From Phycisphaerales bacterium (GTDB taxonomy: Bacteria > Planctomycetota > Phycisphaerae > Phycisphaerales > UBA1924), in the NCBI GenBank assembly GCA_965227775.1, contig OZ245777.1, positions 64,001 through 128,000 on the forward strand: a stretch of DNA of 64,000 nt. Reading direction: 5' to 3'. Both the position numbers and the translations under genes were made by a program. Below, piece after piece: positions 28,808 through 38,033 of the stretch (its first letter is position 1; each line of letters starts with the position of its first letter). The notes under the pieces were generated by a model. That model saw only the letters and a list, made by a program, of their open reading frames with translations. It had not been told where the DNA came from and searched no databases.

Positions 28808-30088
28808 TCAACCCACGGCCGGCGCTGCAGCCCCCGATCCAACCCACACGCCGGCCAGACCCAGCAGCATCGCCGCCTGCCGCTCGCTCGCGCCCCGCTG
28901 CGCCTCTACGCACCGCCGCGCCGCGACCGACATCTCCGCACGCGCTCCCGCATCACCGAACAAATCCTCAATCACGCCCCCGAGCGCCTCCACCTCAACC
29001 ACCCGCAGGGCTCCCGCGTCGGACAGCGTCCGCACCACGGTCGCAAAGTTCGCGTGCGCCGACCCGGTCAACACGGGCTTGCCCAAGGCAGCCGGCTCCA
29101 TCGGGTCGCTCCCTTGCACCGGCCCGTCAACCGGCCCGAAGCTCCGCCCGACCACCACCACATCCGCCAGCTCGTACGCCGCACCAAGCTCGCCCAGAGT
29201 GTCGAGCACGTACCGCTCCCCACCACCCGCAACACCTGCCGACCGCCGAACACACCCCGGCATCGCCAGGGCAGCCTCATCGAACCGTTCCGGCTTCCGC
29301 GGCGCACACACCAGCTGCACCCCAGCCGGACACGCCGCGTGCAGCAGCGCTTCCTCCCCGGGCCCCGTGCTCCCGGCGACCAGCACCGGCCGCCCCCGGT
29401 CGATCCCCATCGCTGCAGCCAGTTCCGTAGCGCGCGCCGACACGCCCTCCGCCGGCGGGTCCGGCGCCGAGTCCCACTTCAGGCTCCCCGCGACCTCCAC
29501 TCTGTCCTCAGGAACGCCCATCGCCACGAACCGCCGCGCGTACGCCTCATCCTGTGCCCCCACGGCCGCCAGAGATCCAAACGCCCCACGCAGCACCGGC
29601 CGCAGCTTGCGATACCCCGCGAACGACCGCTCGCTGATCCGCCCATTGATCACCGCCACCGGCACGCCCCGCCGCCGGCACGCCGCCACGAAGTTGGGCC
29701 ACAGCTCCAGCTCCGCGAGCCCTACCACGTCCGGCCGCACCGCATCCAGAAACCGCCGCACCGAGAACGTCGCATCCAGCGGATACCGCCGCACGTCGCA
29801 AGTCTCTCCATACAGCTCACGCGCCCGCGTCAACCCCGTGTCCGTTGTCGCCGTCACGATCACCCGCGCATGCGGTGCCAGCAACGGCACCAACGCCCGC
29901 ACCGCGTTGGTCTCCCCCACCGACACCGTGTGCAGCATCACCCTCGGCCGACCATCCTCGGCCTTCGGCGGAAGCGGCGCGATCTTGCCGAACCGCTCCC
30001 CCCATCCGCCCCGGGCCTTACGAGCCCACCACGGCGCCGTCGCCGCTGCCACACCCAGGTACACCGCGTTGGTCACCGCCCCGATCAC
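28808..30088 (-). CDS. waaA: 3-deoxy-D-manno-octulosonic acid (Kdo) transferase
   Basis: HTVSVGET, TATTDTG, ELELWPN, NGRISERS, AGSTGPGEE, APRKPERF, DTLGEL; start uncertain. Confidence 0.9.
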   Translation of the reverse strand: MIGAVTNAVYLGVAAATAPWWARKARGGWGERFGKIAPLPPKAEDGRPRVMLHTVSVGETNAVRALVPLLAPHARVIVTATTDTGLTRARELYGETCDVRRYPLDATFSVRRFLDAVRPDVVGLAELELWPNFVAACRRRGVPVAVINGRISERSFAGYRKLRPVLRGAFGSLAAVGAQDEAYARRFVAMGVPEDRVEVAGSLKWDSAPDPPAEGVSARATELAAAMGIDRGRPVLVAGSTGPGEEALLHAACPAGVQLVCAPRKPERFDEAALAMPGCVRRSAGVAGGGERYVLDTLGELGAAYELADVVVVGRSFGPVDGPVQGSDPMEPAALGKPVLTGSAHANFATVVRTLSDAGALRVVEVEALGGVIEDLFGDAGARAEMSVAARRCVEAQRGASERQAAMLLGLAGVWVGSGAAAPAVG

Positions 30089-30267
30089 GCCCCAGAGTAG
30101 CCGACAACCCCAAAACACCCTGCGCCCACCCGCCTCGCCCTCCGCATGTACGTTCATGCCGGCTCGCAGGGGGAGACGGGCCGACATCGCCGATAGGGGT
30201 ACCCTGGGGTGAGCCCAGCGTCCCATTCTCGTTTGGGTACAGGATCAAGCTAGTGAAGGAGTCCGAG

Positions 30268-31113
30268 ATGCAAGCCACCACCCGCCCAACGCTGCTCGCC
30301 GCAGCCATGATCGCCGGCCTCCTGGCCGTCAGCGTCTTGTCCGGCTGCACCGCCAGCGCCCGCTTGCTGGGCAAGGCCACCGCCAACAAGTACGCCAGCC
30401 CGCAATCGGGCACCGTCTGGGTGGTCCCCCCGCCCCAGCTCGAGCCCCCCGCCCCCGAAGACAAGACCGTCTACGTCTCGTACCAGAACATCTCCGACGC
30501 AGACGTCGACCTCACCCAGCTGCTCCGCGATGCCGCGTCCGCCCAAGGCTGGCAGCTCGTCGCCAACCCGCAGGAAGCCACCTACCGCCTCCGCGCCCGA
30601 ACCCGCTTCTTCGGCGAGGTCGAGCCCGAGTCGGGAGGCGCCAGCGCCGCCCGCACCATGGGCTGGATCACAGGCGCCGCCGTCGGCGTGGGTACCTACG
30701 CGCTCGTCGAAAGCGCCACAGATAGCTGGGCGGCGGGCGCCGCGACGGGCGCAGCCGCGGGTGGCCTCGTCGGCCTGGGCATCTCCAACGCGTCCAAGGT
30801 CCGCGAGTGGGCCCTCATCACCGACTTCGTGCTCGAAGAGTACAGCCCCAATCCCATCGAGTTCGAACTGCTCGCAGACAGCGACAGCTCCGGCACCACC
30901 ACCGCCGGCGTCGGATCGGGCCGCGCTGCCGACGGCGGCGCCACAAGCCAGCGCACCGGCAGCACCGCCACCATGACGCGCACCAGCAATTACTTCCCCC
31001 ACGGCGTGCGCCTCAGCGCCTGGGCCAACCAGATGAACATGAAAGAAGGTGAGGCCATGCCGCTCATCCGCGAACGACTCGAGAACGTCGTCAAGCAGAT
31101 GCTGCCGCAGTAA
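30268..31113 (+). CDS. TraT-family (complement resistance) outer-membrane lipoprotein
   Basis: LSGC lipobox; LEPPAPEDKTVYVSYQNISD, GWQLVANPQEATYRL, glycine-zipper, ANQMNM. Confidence 0.75.
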   Translation: MQATTRPTLLAAAMIAGLLAVSVLSGCTASARLLGKATANKYASPQSGTVWVVPPPQLEPPAPEDKTVYVSYQNISDADVDLTQLLRDAASAQGWQLVANPQEATYRLRARTRFFGEVEPESGGASAARTMGWITGAAVGVGTYALVESATDSWAAGAATGAAAGGLVGLGISNASKVREWALITDFVLEEYSPNPIEFELLADSDSSGTTTAGVGSGRAADGGATSQRTGSTATMTRTSNYFPHGVRLSAWANQMNMKEGEAMPLIRERLENVVKQMLPQ

Positions 31114-31160
31114 GCACGCAGATACACCGAACCGCACGTACAAGAAGCTTCACCGAGAAC

Positions 31161-31189
31161 GAGCCCGGCGCGCACACGCGGCCGGGCTC
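31161..31189 (+). terminator. Hairpin after the TraT-like gene
   Basis: GAGCCCGGC...GCCGGGCTC followed by TTGCCTT. Confidence 0.5.
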
Positions 31190-31223
31190 TTGCCTTGCGC
31201 CCACAACTCCATAACCTGCTCCC

Positions 31224-32051
31224 ATGAGCCCACCCAGCAAGTCCACCGTCGGCGTGCTCCACCCCGGCGCCATGGGCGCCGCCGTCGCCCACGCCATCGC
31301 ATCGAACGGCCACGACGTCGCCTGGTGCAACGCCAACCGCAGCGCCGAGACCGCGCACCGCGCCTCGGGCCTGCGCGAATTCTCATCGCTACTCGACCTG
31401 ACCACCTGGGCAGACACCATCATCAGCGTCGTGCCGCCCCACGCCGCCATCGCCGTCGCACGAGAAGCCGCAGGCGGCGGCTTCCAGGGCGTCTACGTCG
31501 ACGCGAACGCCATCAGCCCCGCCACCGCCGCCACCGTGCGCGCAACCGTCGAGAAATCGGGCGCGACCTACATCGACGGTGGCATCATCGGCCCTCCACC
31601 AACCAAGCCGGCCGGCAGCCGCCTCTATCTCGCCGGCGAGCGCGCACCCGAAGTCGCCGCACTCTTCGAGGGCTCGACCTTCGAGGCGCCGGTCCTCAAA
31701 AACATGGGCGACTTCGCCGCCAGCGCGCTCAAGATGGTCTACGCCGCGTGGACCAAGGGCAGCGCCGCCATGCTGCTCGCGACCGCAGAGACCGCAAACA
31801 ACCTCGGCGTGCTCGACGCGCTCAAGTCCGAGTGGCAGCACTCCACGCCCGAAATCGCCGCGAGGTACGAGCGCACGAGCAGCGCCGTCCTGCCAAAGGC
31901 GTGGCGCTACGTAGGCGAGATGCTCGAGATCGCCGCCACGTTCGAGTCCGCCGGCCAGCCGGGCGATTTCCACAGCGCCGCCGCCAAGGTGTACCAGCGC
32001 GTGGCCGACGAGAATCCGAGAACTCCGGCAACACAGGCCGAGTCGCGCTAG
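31224..32051 (+). CDS. NAD(P)-dependent oxidoreductase (6PGD/HIBADH-like, DUF1932)
   Basis: LHPGAMG, YVDANAISP, IDGGIIGPPP, ASALKMVYAAWTKG, KAWRYVGEMLEIA. Confidence 0.85.
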   Translation: MSPPSKSTVGVLHPGAMGAAVAHAIASNGHDVAWCNANRSAETAHRASGLREFSSLLDLTTWADTIISVVPPHAAIAVAREAAGGGFQGVYVDANAISPATAATVRATVEKSGATYIDGGIIGPPPTKPAGSRLYLAGERAPEVAALFEGSTFEAPVLKNMGDFAASALKMVYAAWTKGSAAMLLATAETANNLGVLDALKSEWQHSTPEIAARYERTSSAVLPKAWRYVGEMLEIAATFESAGQPGDFHSAAAKVYQRVADENPRTPATQAESR

Positions 32052-32104
32052 CTCACTATTTGCACGCGATCACCGCTAGGGTGCGCAGTCTTGCGGCGCT
32101 GCAC

Positions 32105-32131
32105 AAGAAACGGCTTGACGCCGCAAGCCGT
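32105..32131 (-). terminator. Intrinsic terminator for the minus-strand feo/plsC transcript
   Basis: ACGGCTTG-6nt-CAAGCCGT stem (32110-32131) followed by TTCTT on the minus strand. Confidence 0.55.
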
Positions 32132-32207
32132 CGCCGTAACTTGAGGTATGCTCGATGAGAACCTCGAACCAATCCGCACACCGATCCGCGAAAGACTCAA
32201 GCGCCGC

Positions 32208-32927
32208 TCAGGCCTCGACGCCCCATCCGGTCCACGCCTCGTAGCGGGACTGAAGGTCGGCTGCTACCTCCGCGGGACTCAGCTCTCGCCCATACTCAAT
32301 CGGCTCCATGATGCGGATCGTCGGCCGGCTCGTCCGCGCCAGAGCGCCCCATGCCGTCGGCGCCATCGCGGCGCCCTCGATCACGATCGGCAGCACGCGC
32401 GCACCGCTCCGGCGGATCAGCAAACCCACGCCGGGCTGGAACGGCCGCAGCGTCTGGGGCTTCCGCTCGATGCCGCCCTCGGGAAAGAGCCCGAGCACGC
32501 CGCCAACAGAGAGGTGCCGCAGCGCCTCGCGCACGCCCGCCGGATCACTGCTCGCCCGATCCACGAAGATGATCTTGCCAAACCGCCACAACCACTCGCC
32601 GGTCGGGTGGCGCATGTCGGCGGCCATCATCCACCGCGGCTCGAACGTCAACACCGACTGGATCAGCAGCGGATCGACCCCCGACGCGTGGTTGGCTACA
32701 ACGATCAGCGGGCCGATCCCGTCCTCGCCGGAATCGAGAGCCAGAACATGCTCCCGCCCGCTCACCCGGGGCGGGTGCCGCAGCCACACGTAGAAGCGGA
32801 TGACCTGGTACGCCGCGTTCCCGACGACCTCGTCGCCTCGGGGCCCCTCCAGCACACGCCCGGCCACCAGTGCGGCAACCAGCCACAGCACAACCGCCGG
32901 GATGAACCAGAAAAGCCATTCGGGCAT
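32208..32927 (-). CDS. Lysophospholipid acyltransferase (PlsC family)
   Basis: VANHASGVD, FVDR, LFPEGG. Confidence 0.88.
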   Translation of the reverse strand: MPEWLFWFIPAVVLWLVAALVAGRVLEGPRGDEVVGNAAYQVIRFYVWLRHPPRVSGREHVLALDSGEDGIGPLIVVANHASGVDPLLIQSVLTFEPRWMMAADMRHPTGEWLWRFGKIIFVDRASSDPAGVREALRHLSVGGVLGLFPEGGIERKPQTLRPFQPGVGLLIRRSGARVLPIVIEGAAMAPTAWGALARTSRPTIRIMEPIEYGRELSPAEVAADLQSRYEAWTGWGVEA

Positions 32928-32972
32928 GAGGGCAACAGGTTAGCACCCGTTAGGTTCCGTTGCGAGCCGGGC

Positions 32973-33110
32973 CTACTTCTTGGGGGCCGAAACCGTCAGC
33001 CCGGTGCGCTTCTGCGGGCGCTTGGCCGGCCGCACGGCGCGCACGACCAAGGCGATCGCCCCCACCGCCACGACGCTCACCACCCAGAACTGCCAATCAC
33101 CCCAGGGCAC
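32973..33110 (-). CDS. Small single-TM protein downstream of feoB (45 aa; not in ORF track)
   Basis: GTG 3 nt after the feoB stop: MPWGDWQFWVVSVVAVGAIALVVRAVRPAKRPQKRTGLTVSAPKK. Confidence 0.65.
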   Translation of the reverse strand: MPWGDWQFWVVSVVAVGAIALVVRAVRPAKRPQKRTGLTVSAPKK

Positions 33111-33113
33111 GCG

Positions 33114-34997
33114 CTAGCCCAGCGCGCTCGCGACGCCGTACACGATCGCCGCGCCAACGTACGCAACGCCCGTCATCCATCCGGCCTGCAGCGCCGCCCA
33201 CTTCCAGCCGCCGGCCTCCCTCGCCGTCACGACGAGCGTCGGCAAACACTGGATCGCCAGCACGAAGAAGACCAGCATCGCCCAGCTCGTTGCAGGCGTG
33301 AATACCAGCGCACCATCGTCGCGCTCGGCGGTTGCCAGCTGCTCACGGATGCCCTCGCCCTCGGCGTCGTCGGTGCCGGCGATCTGCACGGCCATGGTGC
33401 TCACGAACACCTCGCGCGCCGCGAAGCTGGCCAGGATGCCGACCGTCAGCTGCCGATCGGCGCCGATGGGCGCGAACACCGGCTGAACCGTGTCGCCGAT
33501 GCGACCAAGGAACGACACCTCGGCGGCGCGCTGCGCATCGTCGGGGTCGGCCGGCTTGGGGTAGGCCGAGAGCCACCACAGCACGATCGAGATCGCCAGG
33601 ATCACGGTGCCGGCCTTGCGCACGAACAGCCAGCCGCGCGCGGCGGCGGTCTTGGTCGCACCAAGCAGGCTCGGCCATTGGTACCGCGGCAACTCCAGCG
33701 CCATGGCGGGGCTCTTGCCCTTCAGGATCGTGCGGCGGGCAACCACGGCGGTGAACAACCCCGCCAGCGCGCCCAGCACGTAGCAACCCGTGAACGCCAG
33801 CGCCTGCCGCATCGTGCTCTCGGGGAACAGGATCTGCGTGAGCAGCACGTACACCGGGATTCGGGCCGAGCAGCTCATGAAGGGGATGGCCAGGATGGTC
33901 GCCACGCGCTGGCGGAAGTCGGGGATCGCGCGCGCCGACATGATCGCCGGGATCGCGCAGGCGTGCCCGCTCAGCAGCGGCACGAAGGCGTGGCCGGGCA
34001 GGCCGAAGGGTTTCAGCAATCGGTCGATGACGAACGCCGCGCGCGCGAGGTAGCCGGTTTGTTCCAGCAGCGCGATCAGGAAGAACAGCAGCACGATCTG
34101 GGGCAGGAACACCAGCGTGCCGCCCACGCCCGCGATCACGCCGTCGGCCAGCAGATCGCGGATCGCGCCGGCGGGCAGTGTGCTGCTCACCACGCCGGCC
34201 AGCCAGCCGAAGAAGCCCTCGATGGCGTCCATGGGGATGGTCGCCAGGCTGAAGATGGCCCAGAAGAGGCCGGTCATGAGCGCGGCGAACGTGGCGACTC
34301 CCAGGATCGGGTGGGTGAAAGCCAGGTCGAGGCGGTCGGTGATCGCGTCGTGTGCACGCGCTTCGGCGGTGCATGCCTTGGCATACACGGCGTCGGCCCA
34401 CGCATCGATATCGCTCGGGCTGAGCGGGCCGGCAGCGACGCGCGCGCGGGCGAGGGCGGGGAGCACGTCGTCGACGCCCTTGCCGGTCTTGCCGGAGGCG
34501 AGCACGACGGGGCAACCCAGGGCGGCCTCGAACTTCTCGGCGTCGATCGCGATGCCCTTGCGCGCGGCGGCGTCGGTCATGGTGACGACGACGATGGTCG
34601 GCAGGCCGAGCGCGATGACCTCGGCGGCGAGTCGCAGGTTGCGCGGCACGTTGGTGGCGTCGACCACGATGGCGACGGCGTCGGGATGGCCATCTGGGAA
34701 GCCCTTGATGGACTGATCACCCGCGAGGACGCCCTTGCAGATGCGCGACTCGTTAGTATTGAGCGCGAGGCCGTAGGCACCCGGAAGGTCGGCCAGGACG
34801 ATGGGGCCCGCGGGCGAGGCGACCTGCGCGAGGTGGGCTTCTTGCGTGGTGCCGGGGAAGTTGGCGGTCTTCTGTCGCAGGCCGGCCAGGGCGTTGAAGA
34901 GTGTCGATTTGCCGACATTGGGGTTGCCGACGAGGGCGGCCGTGCGAACGGCGACCGTCACGCTAACTGGGTTGGTAGGGAGCGTGACCGGCGGCAT
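33114..34997 (-). CDS. feoB: Ferrous iron transport protein B
   Basis: GNPNVGKS, NFPGTT, DLPG, GYLARAAF, PFMSCSARIPVY, AAREVFVST. Confidence 0.95.
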   Translation of the reverse strand: MPPVTLPTNPVSVTVAVRTAALVGNPNVGKSTLFNALAGLRQKTANFPGTTQEAHLAQVASPAGPIVLADLPGAYGLALNTNESRICKGVLAGDQSIKGFPDGHPDAVAIVVDATNVPRNLRLAAEVIALGLPTIVVVTMTDAAARKGIAIDAEKFEAALGCPVVLASGKTGKGVDDVLPALARARVAAGPLSPSDIDAWADAVYAKACTAEARAHDAITDRLDLAFTHPILGVATFAALMTGLFWAIFSLATIPMDAIEGFFGWLAGVVSSTLPAGAIRDLLADGVIAGVGGTLVFLPQIVLLFFLIALLEQTGYLARAAFVIDRLLKPFGLPGHAFVPLLSGHACAIPAIMSARAIPDFRQRVATILAIPFMSCSARIPVYVLLTQILFPESTMRQALAFTGCYVLGALAGLFTAVVARRTILKGKSPAMALELPRYQWPSLLGATKTAAARGWLFVRKAGTVILAISIVLWWLSAYPKPADPDDAQRAAEVSFLGRIGDTVQPVFAPIGADRQLTVGILASFAAREVFVSTMAVQIAGTDDAEGEGIREQLATAERDDGALVFTPATSWAMLVFFVLAIQCLPTLVVTAREAGGWKWAALQAGWMTGVAYVGAAIVYGVASALG

Positions 34998-35003
34998 GGC
35001 GTG

Positions 35004-35282
35004 TTAGTGCGGCAGGACGTAGAGGCTGTCGGCCAAATCACGGCTGAGGGCGATGCGGCAGCCGCCGGCGTGGCCGTCGACGTGGACGATGCAGGGCTGG
35101 CCGGCCTTGCAGACCCGGAGCTGGCAGGATGGGCGGAGGCCCATGGCTGTGAGGTGGGCGGCCGAGTCATCCTGGAAATCGGCCTTGTCCAGGCGGGCGG
35201 TCTGGCCCCGCGTGAGCTGGGTGAGGCGGACGCGGGCGGGCGGCTTGGCTGTGCTCTGGGTGGCTGTGTTCGTATGGCTCAC
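35004..35282 (-). CDS. feoA: Ferrous iron transport protein A
   Basis: LTQLTRGQ, LTAMGLRP, GQPCIV, RIALSRDLA; directly upstream of feoB. Confidence 0.85.
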   Translation of the reverse strand: MSHTNTATQSTAKPPARVRLTQLTRGQTARLDKADFQDDSAAHLTAMGLRPSCQLRVCKAGQPCIVHVDGHAGGCRIALSRDLADSLYVLPH

Positions 35283-35299
35283 GGGTGAGTCTAGCGGTA

Positions 35300-35316
35300 T
35301 TGAGACTGGTTCGCAA
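35300..35316. promoter_or_regulatory. Candidate Fur-type iron-regulator operator
   Basis: TTGAGA-CTGGT-TCGCAA imperfect palindrome just upstream of feoA. Confidence 0.5.
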
Positions 35317-35399
35317 GTGGCTAGGAGAGCGTGAGCACGGAGGATCTTGGAGTGTCGGACTACCGACGACGGCGAGGACACTCCTCGCTTGCGCGGGGG

Positions 35400-35825
35400 C
35401 TACTTCGCCAGCCTCAGATTCAGGTTGATCAGGTTCAGGAACAGCCGCGTCATCTCGAATGAGTCGAAAAACTTGCCGCTTTTCCCAGCGACGCACAACT
35501 CGATCGTGTTCTCGGCGGTCAGGCCAACGCTCACCATCTGGATTCTCGGGTCGGAGGCGTCCTTGGTGCGTGGGCCGCGGACCCGTTGGAGTTGGCTGTA
35601 GGTGGCGGTCGTGACCTCCCCGGCTTGGGTGGTGATCGTGAACCGGTCGCCGAAGAAGGCGATGGAGCCGTCTTCGGGGTGTTCGCCCTGGAGGTAGACG
35701 CCCACGAGGTCGTCGGCGGCGGCGAGGCTGGCCCAGCGATCGTGCTGCAGCAATTCGTCGCGGCGGTGGAACGACGGCATGCGATCGAGGACGCGGAGGA
35801 CGAGTTGGGCGTGGGTGACGATCAT
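35400..35825 (-). CDS. Hypothetical protein
   Basis: 141-aa ORF with plausible composition; no recognised motif. Confidence 0.6.
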   Translation of the reverse strand: MIVTHAQLVLRVLDRMPSFHRRDELLQHDRWASLAAADDLVGVYLQGEHPEDGSIAFFGDRFTITTQAGEVTTATYSQLQRVRGPRTKDASDPRIQMVSVGLTAENTIELCVAGKSGKFFDSFEMTRLFLNLINLNLRLAK

Positions 35826-35840
35826 GGAAGACTCTCTTCG

Positions 35841-36548
35841 CTATGCGCTGTGTCTTAGATGGACATAGCACAAACCGCCAAAGTCGAGTTCCTCGACCAG
35901 ACCCATGCTGTACACCGCCTTGCATGGCAGATTCGAGATCATGCACTGCTCCACAGACTCGGACGACAGATTCTCGCCCGGCGCGAACAACTGGCGGATC
36001 TTGCCCTCATCCTTGGCGGTGTAGAAGACGACACGGGTGCCCAACCATCGCCCGTGGATTCTGAACTGGACGGCTGCGTCTTGCGGGAGGTTGTCTGGGT
36101 CGTCGCCGAAGCACACGAGCGCTTTCGCGACCTCCTCGCCTCGCACTAGATTGACCGAGTGGGCTCGCTCCAAGAGTGTGCGTGGCAAGTGGCGATGGGT
36201 GAGCGACAGTGGCGCTCGGACGAAGAACCGAGAGGGTGGTCGCTCGAAACTTCCGCACATGGTGAACAGGGCTCGGACCTGGTCCTGGGGTACCTCCAGG
36301 ATCTCCGCCGTTGCTGCTCGCGAGCGCGAGACCGCAGCTTGAACGCACCTGGCGGCGATCGCGTCGACACCGGACGTGAAGTAGGACATGAGGGCGACGT
36401 AGAAGTGCAGAGGGATTGCTTGTGGGCACTCGCGTGGGAGTCTGTGGCGTGCGACTTCGATCATGTCGGTGACGTCGCCGCTTTCGCGCCCCTCGACGTG
36501 ATAGTCCCCTAAGAGAGTCCACGGGTTCTCTGTCGTATCTCTCGTCAT
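35841..36548 (-). CDS. Hypothetical protein
   Basis: 235-aa ORF in a less GC-biased segment; no recognised motif. Confidence 0.5.
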   Translation of the reverse strand: MTRDTTENPWTLLGDYHVEGRESGDVTDMIEVARHRLPRECPQAIPLHFYVALMSYFTSGVDAIAARCVQAAVSRSRAATAEILEVPQDQVRALFTMCGSFERPPSRFFVRAPLSLTHRHLPRTLLERAHSVNLVRGEEVAKALVCFGDDPDNLPQDAAVQFRIHGRWLGTRVVFYTAKDEGKIRQLFAPGENLSSESVEQCMISNLPCKAVYSMGLVEELDFGGLCYVHLRHSA

Positions 36549-36670
36549 TGGGCTTCATGGCTCTCACGTGAACAGGGGCGACGGGTTGGCCGCGGGTCAG
36601 TTTACGGCCGGTGCGCACTGCCCAACCTGTTCACTGGTGTAGTGGTGTGGCGGGGCTCGTACGATTCGCC

Positions 36671-38020
36671 ATGAGCGATCTGTTTGGGGCTGAGCGGGCG
36701 AAGCGGCGGCGGCGGGCGGAGCCGTTGGCGGCGAGGATGCGGCCGCGCTCTATTGACGAGGTCGTCGGGCAGCAGCACATCCTGGGGCCGGGGAAGCTGC
36801 TGCGGCGGATGCTGGAAGCGGACGCGCTGACCAGTCTGATCTTGCACGGGCCGCCGGGGACGGGCAAGACGACGCTTGCGGGGTTGATCGCCGAGCACTC
36901 GGGGCGGCACTTTGAGGCGGCGAACGCGGCGTCGATCGGGGTGAAGCGGGTGCGCGAAGTCTCGGACATCGCGCGGGCGAGGCTGGAGGATGGCGGGCCG
37001 CGAACGGTGCTGTTCCTGGACGAGGTGCACCGGTTTTCGCGCAGCCAGCAGGACGTGTTGCTGGAGGACGTGGAGCGCGGGGTGCTGACGCTGATCGGGG
37101 CGACGACGGAGAACCCGCTGTTTGCGTGCAATGCGGCGCTGGTGAGCCGGAGCACGTTGTTCCGGTTGGAGCCTCTGACGGAGGATGAGGTTGTCGAGGT
37201 GCTGCAGCGGGCGCTTGTTGATGACGAGCGTGGGTATGGGAAGGTCGACATCGATGCGCACGAGGATGCGCTGCGGGTGTGGGCGATCAAGAGCGATGGT
37301 GATGCGCGTCGGGCGTTGACGGCGCTGGAGGTTGCGGTTCTGAGTTCTGGCAAGGACGGCCAGAGGATCGTCATCGACCGGCAGGTGGCCGAGGACTCGA
37401 TCCAGCAGAAGGCGGCGGTGTATGGGGACGACGAGCACTATGACTCGGCGTCGGCGATGATCAAGAGCATTCGGGGGAGCGATCCGGATGCGGCGTGCTA
37501 TTGGATTGCGCGGATGCTGGAGGGTGGTGAGGACCCGCGTTTCATTGCGCGGCGGCTGGCGATCCTGGCGAGTGAGGATGTTGGCAATGCTGACCCGCGC
37601 GCGGTGATGGTGGCGGCGGCGGCATGGGAGCTGGTCGAGCGGATCGGCTTGCCCGAGGCGCGTATCACGCTTGGCCATTGCGCGTGCTACTTGGCGCTGG
37701 CGCCCAAGAGCAACGCCGCGTACAAGGCGATCGATGCGGCGATCGCGGATGTCAAAGAAGGCAGGACGGTACCGGTGCCGGTGTATCTGCGGGATCCGAA
37801 TTCGTCGCCGTTGTCGGTCGGTGATGCGACGGGGGTGCGGACGAAGGAGGTCGGGGGAGAGAAGTACGAGTACAGCCACGCCGTTGAGGGCGGCGTGACC
37901 GGGCAGGACTATCTGGGGGTGGCGAAGCGGTACTACGAGCCTGGGGATGCTGGTGAGGAGGCCGCGATGGCGGCGCGGCTGGCTGAGATTCGTGCGATGC
38001 GGCGGAAGCGGCGTTCGTAG
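36671..38020 (+). CDS. rarA: Replication-associated recombination protein A (MgsA/RarA AAA+ ATPase)
   Basis: PLAARMRP, GPPGTGKTT, FLDEVHRF, GATTENP, IKSIRGSDPDA, ASEDVGNADP. Confidence 0.95.
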   Translation: MSDLFGAERAKRRRRAEPLAARMRPRSIDEVVGQQHILGPGKLLRRMLEADALTSLILHGPPGTGKTTLAGLIAEHSGRHFEAANAASIGVKRVREVSDIARARLEDGGPRTVLFLDEVHRFSRSQQDVLLEDVERGVLTLIGATTENPLFACNAALVSRSTLFRLEPLTEDEVVEVLQRALVDDERGYGKVDIDAHEDALRVWAIKSDGDARRALTALEVAVLSSGKDGQRIVIDRQVAEDSIQQKAAVYGDDEHYDSASAMIKSIRGSDPDAACYWIARMLEGGEDPRFIARRLAILASEDVGNADPRAVMVAAAAWELVERIGLPEARITLGHCACYLALAPKSNAAYKAIDAAIADVKEGRTVPVPVYLRDPNSSPLSVGDATGVRTKEVGGEKYEYSHAVEGGVTGQDYLGVAKRYYEPGDAGEEAAMAARLAEIRAMRRKRRS

Positions 38021-38033
38021 CGCTTTCGAGCGG

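Noticed and set aside
30268..31113. Conjugative element around the TraT-like gene
   Set aside because: No other tra/T4SS, relaxase or integrase genes are present, and the flanks are housekeeping genes.
32148..35288. 1046-aa plus-strand ORF
   Set aside because: It is an antisense shadow of plsC/feoB/feoA in high-GC DNA, with no motifs.
32052..36670. Definite oriC
   Set aside because: I found no TTATCCACA-type box cluster, AT-rich unwinding element or dnaA/dnaN by eye.
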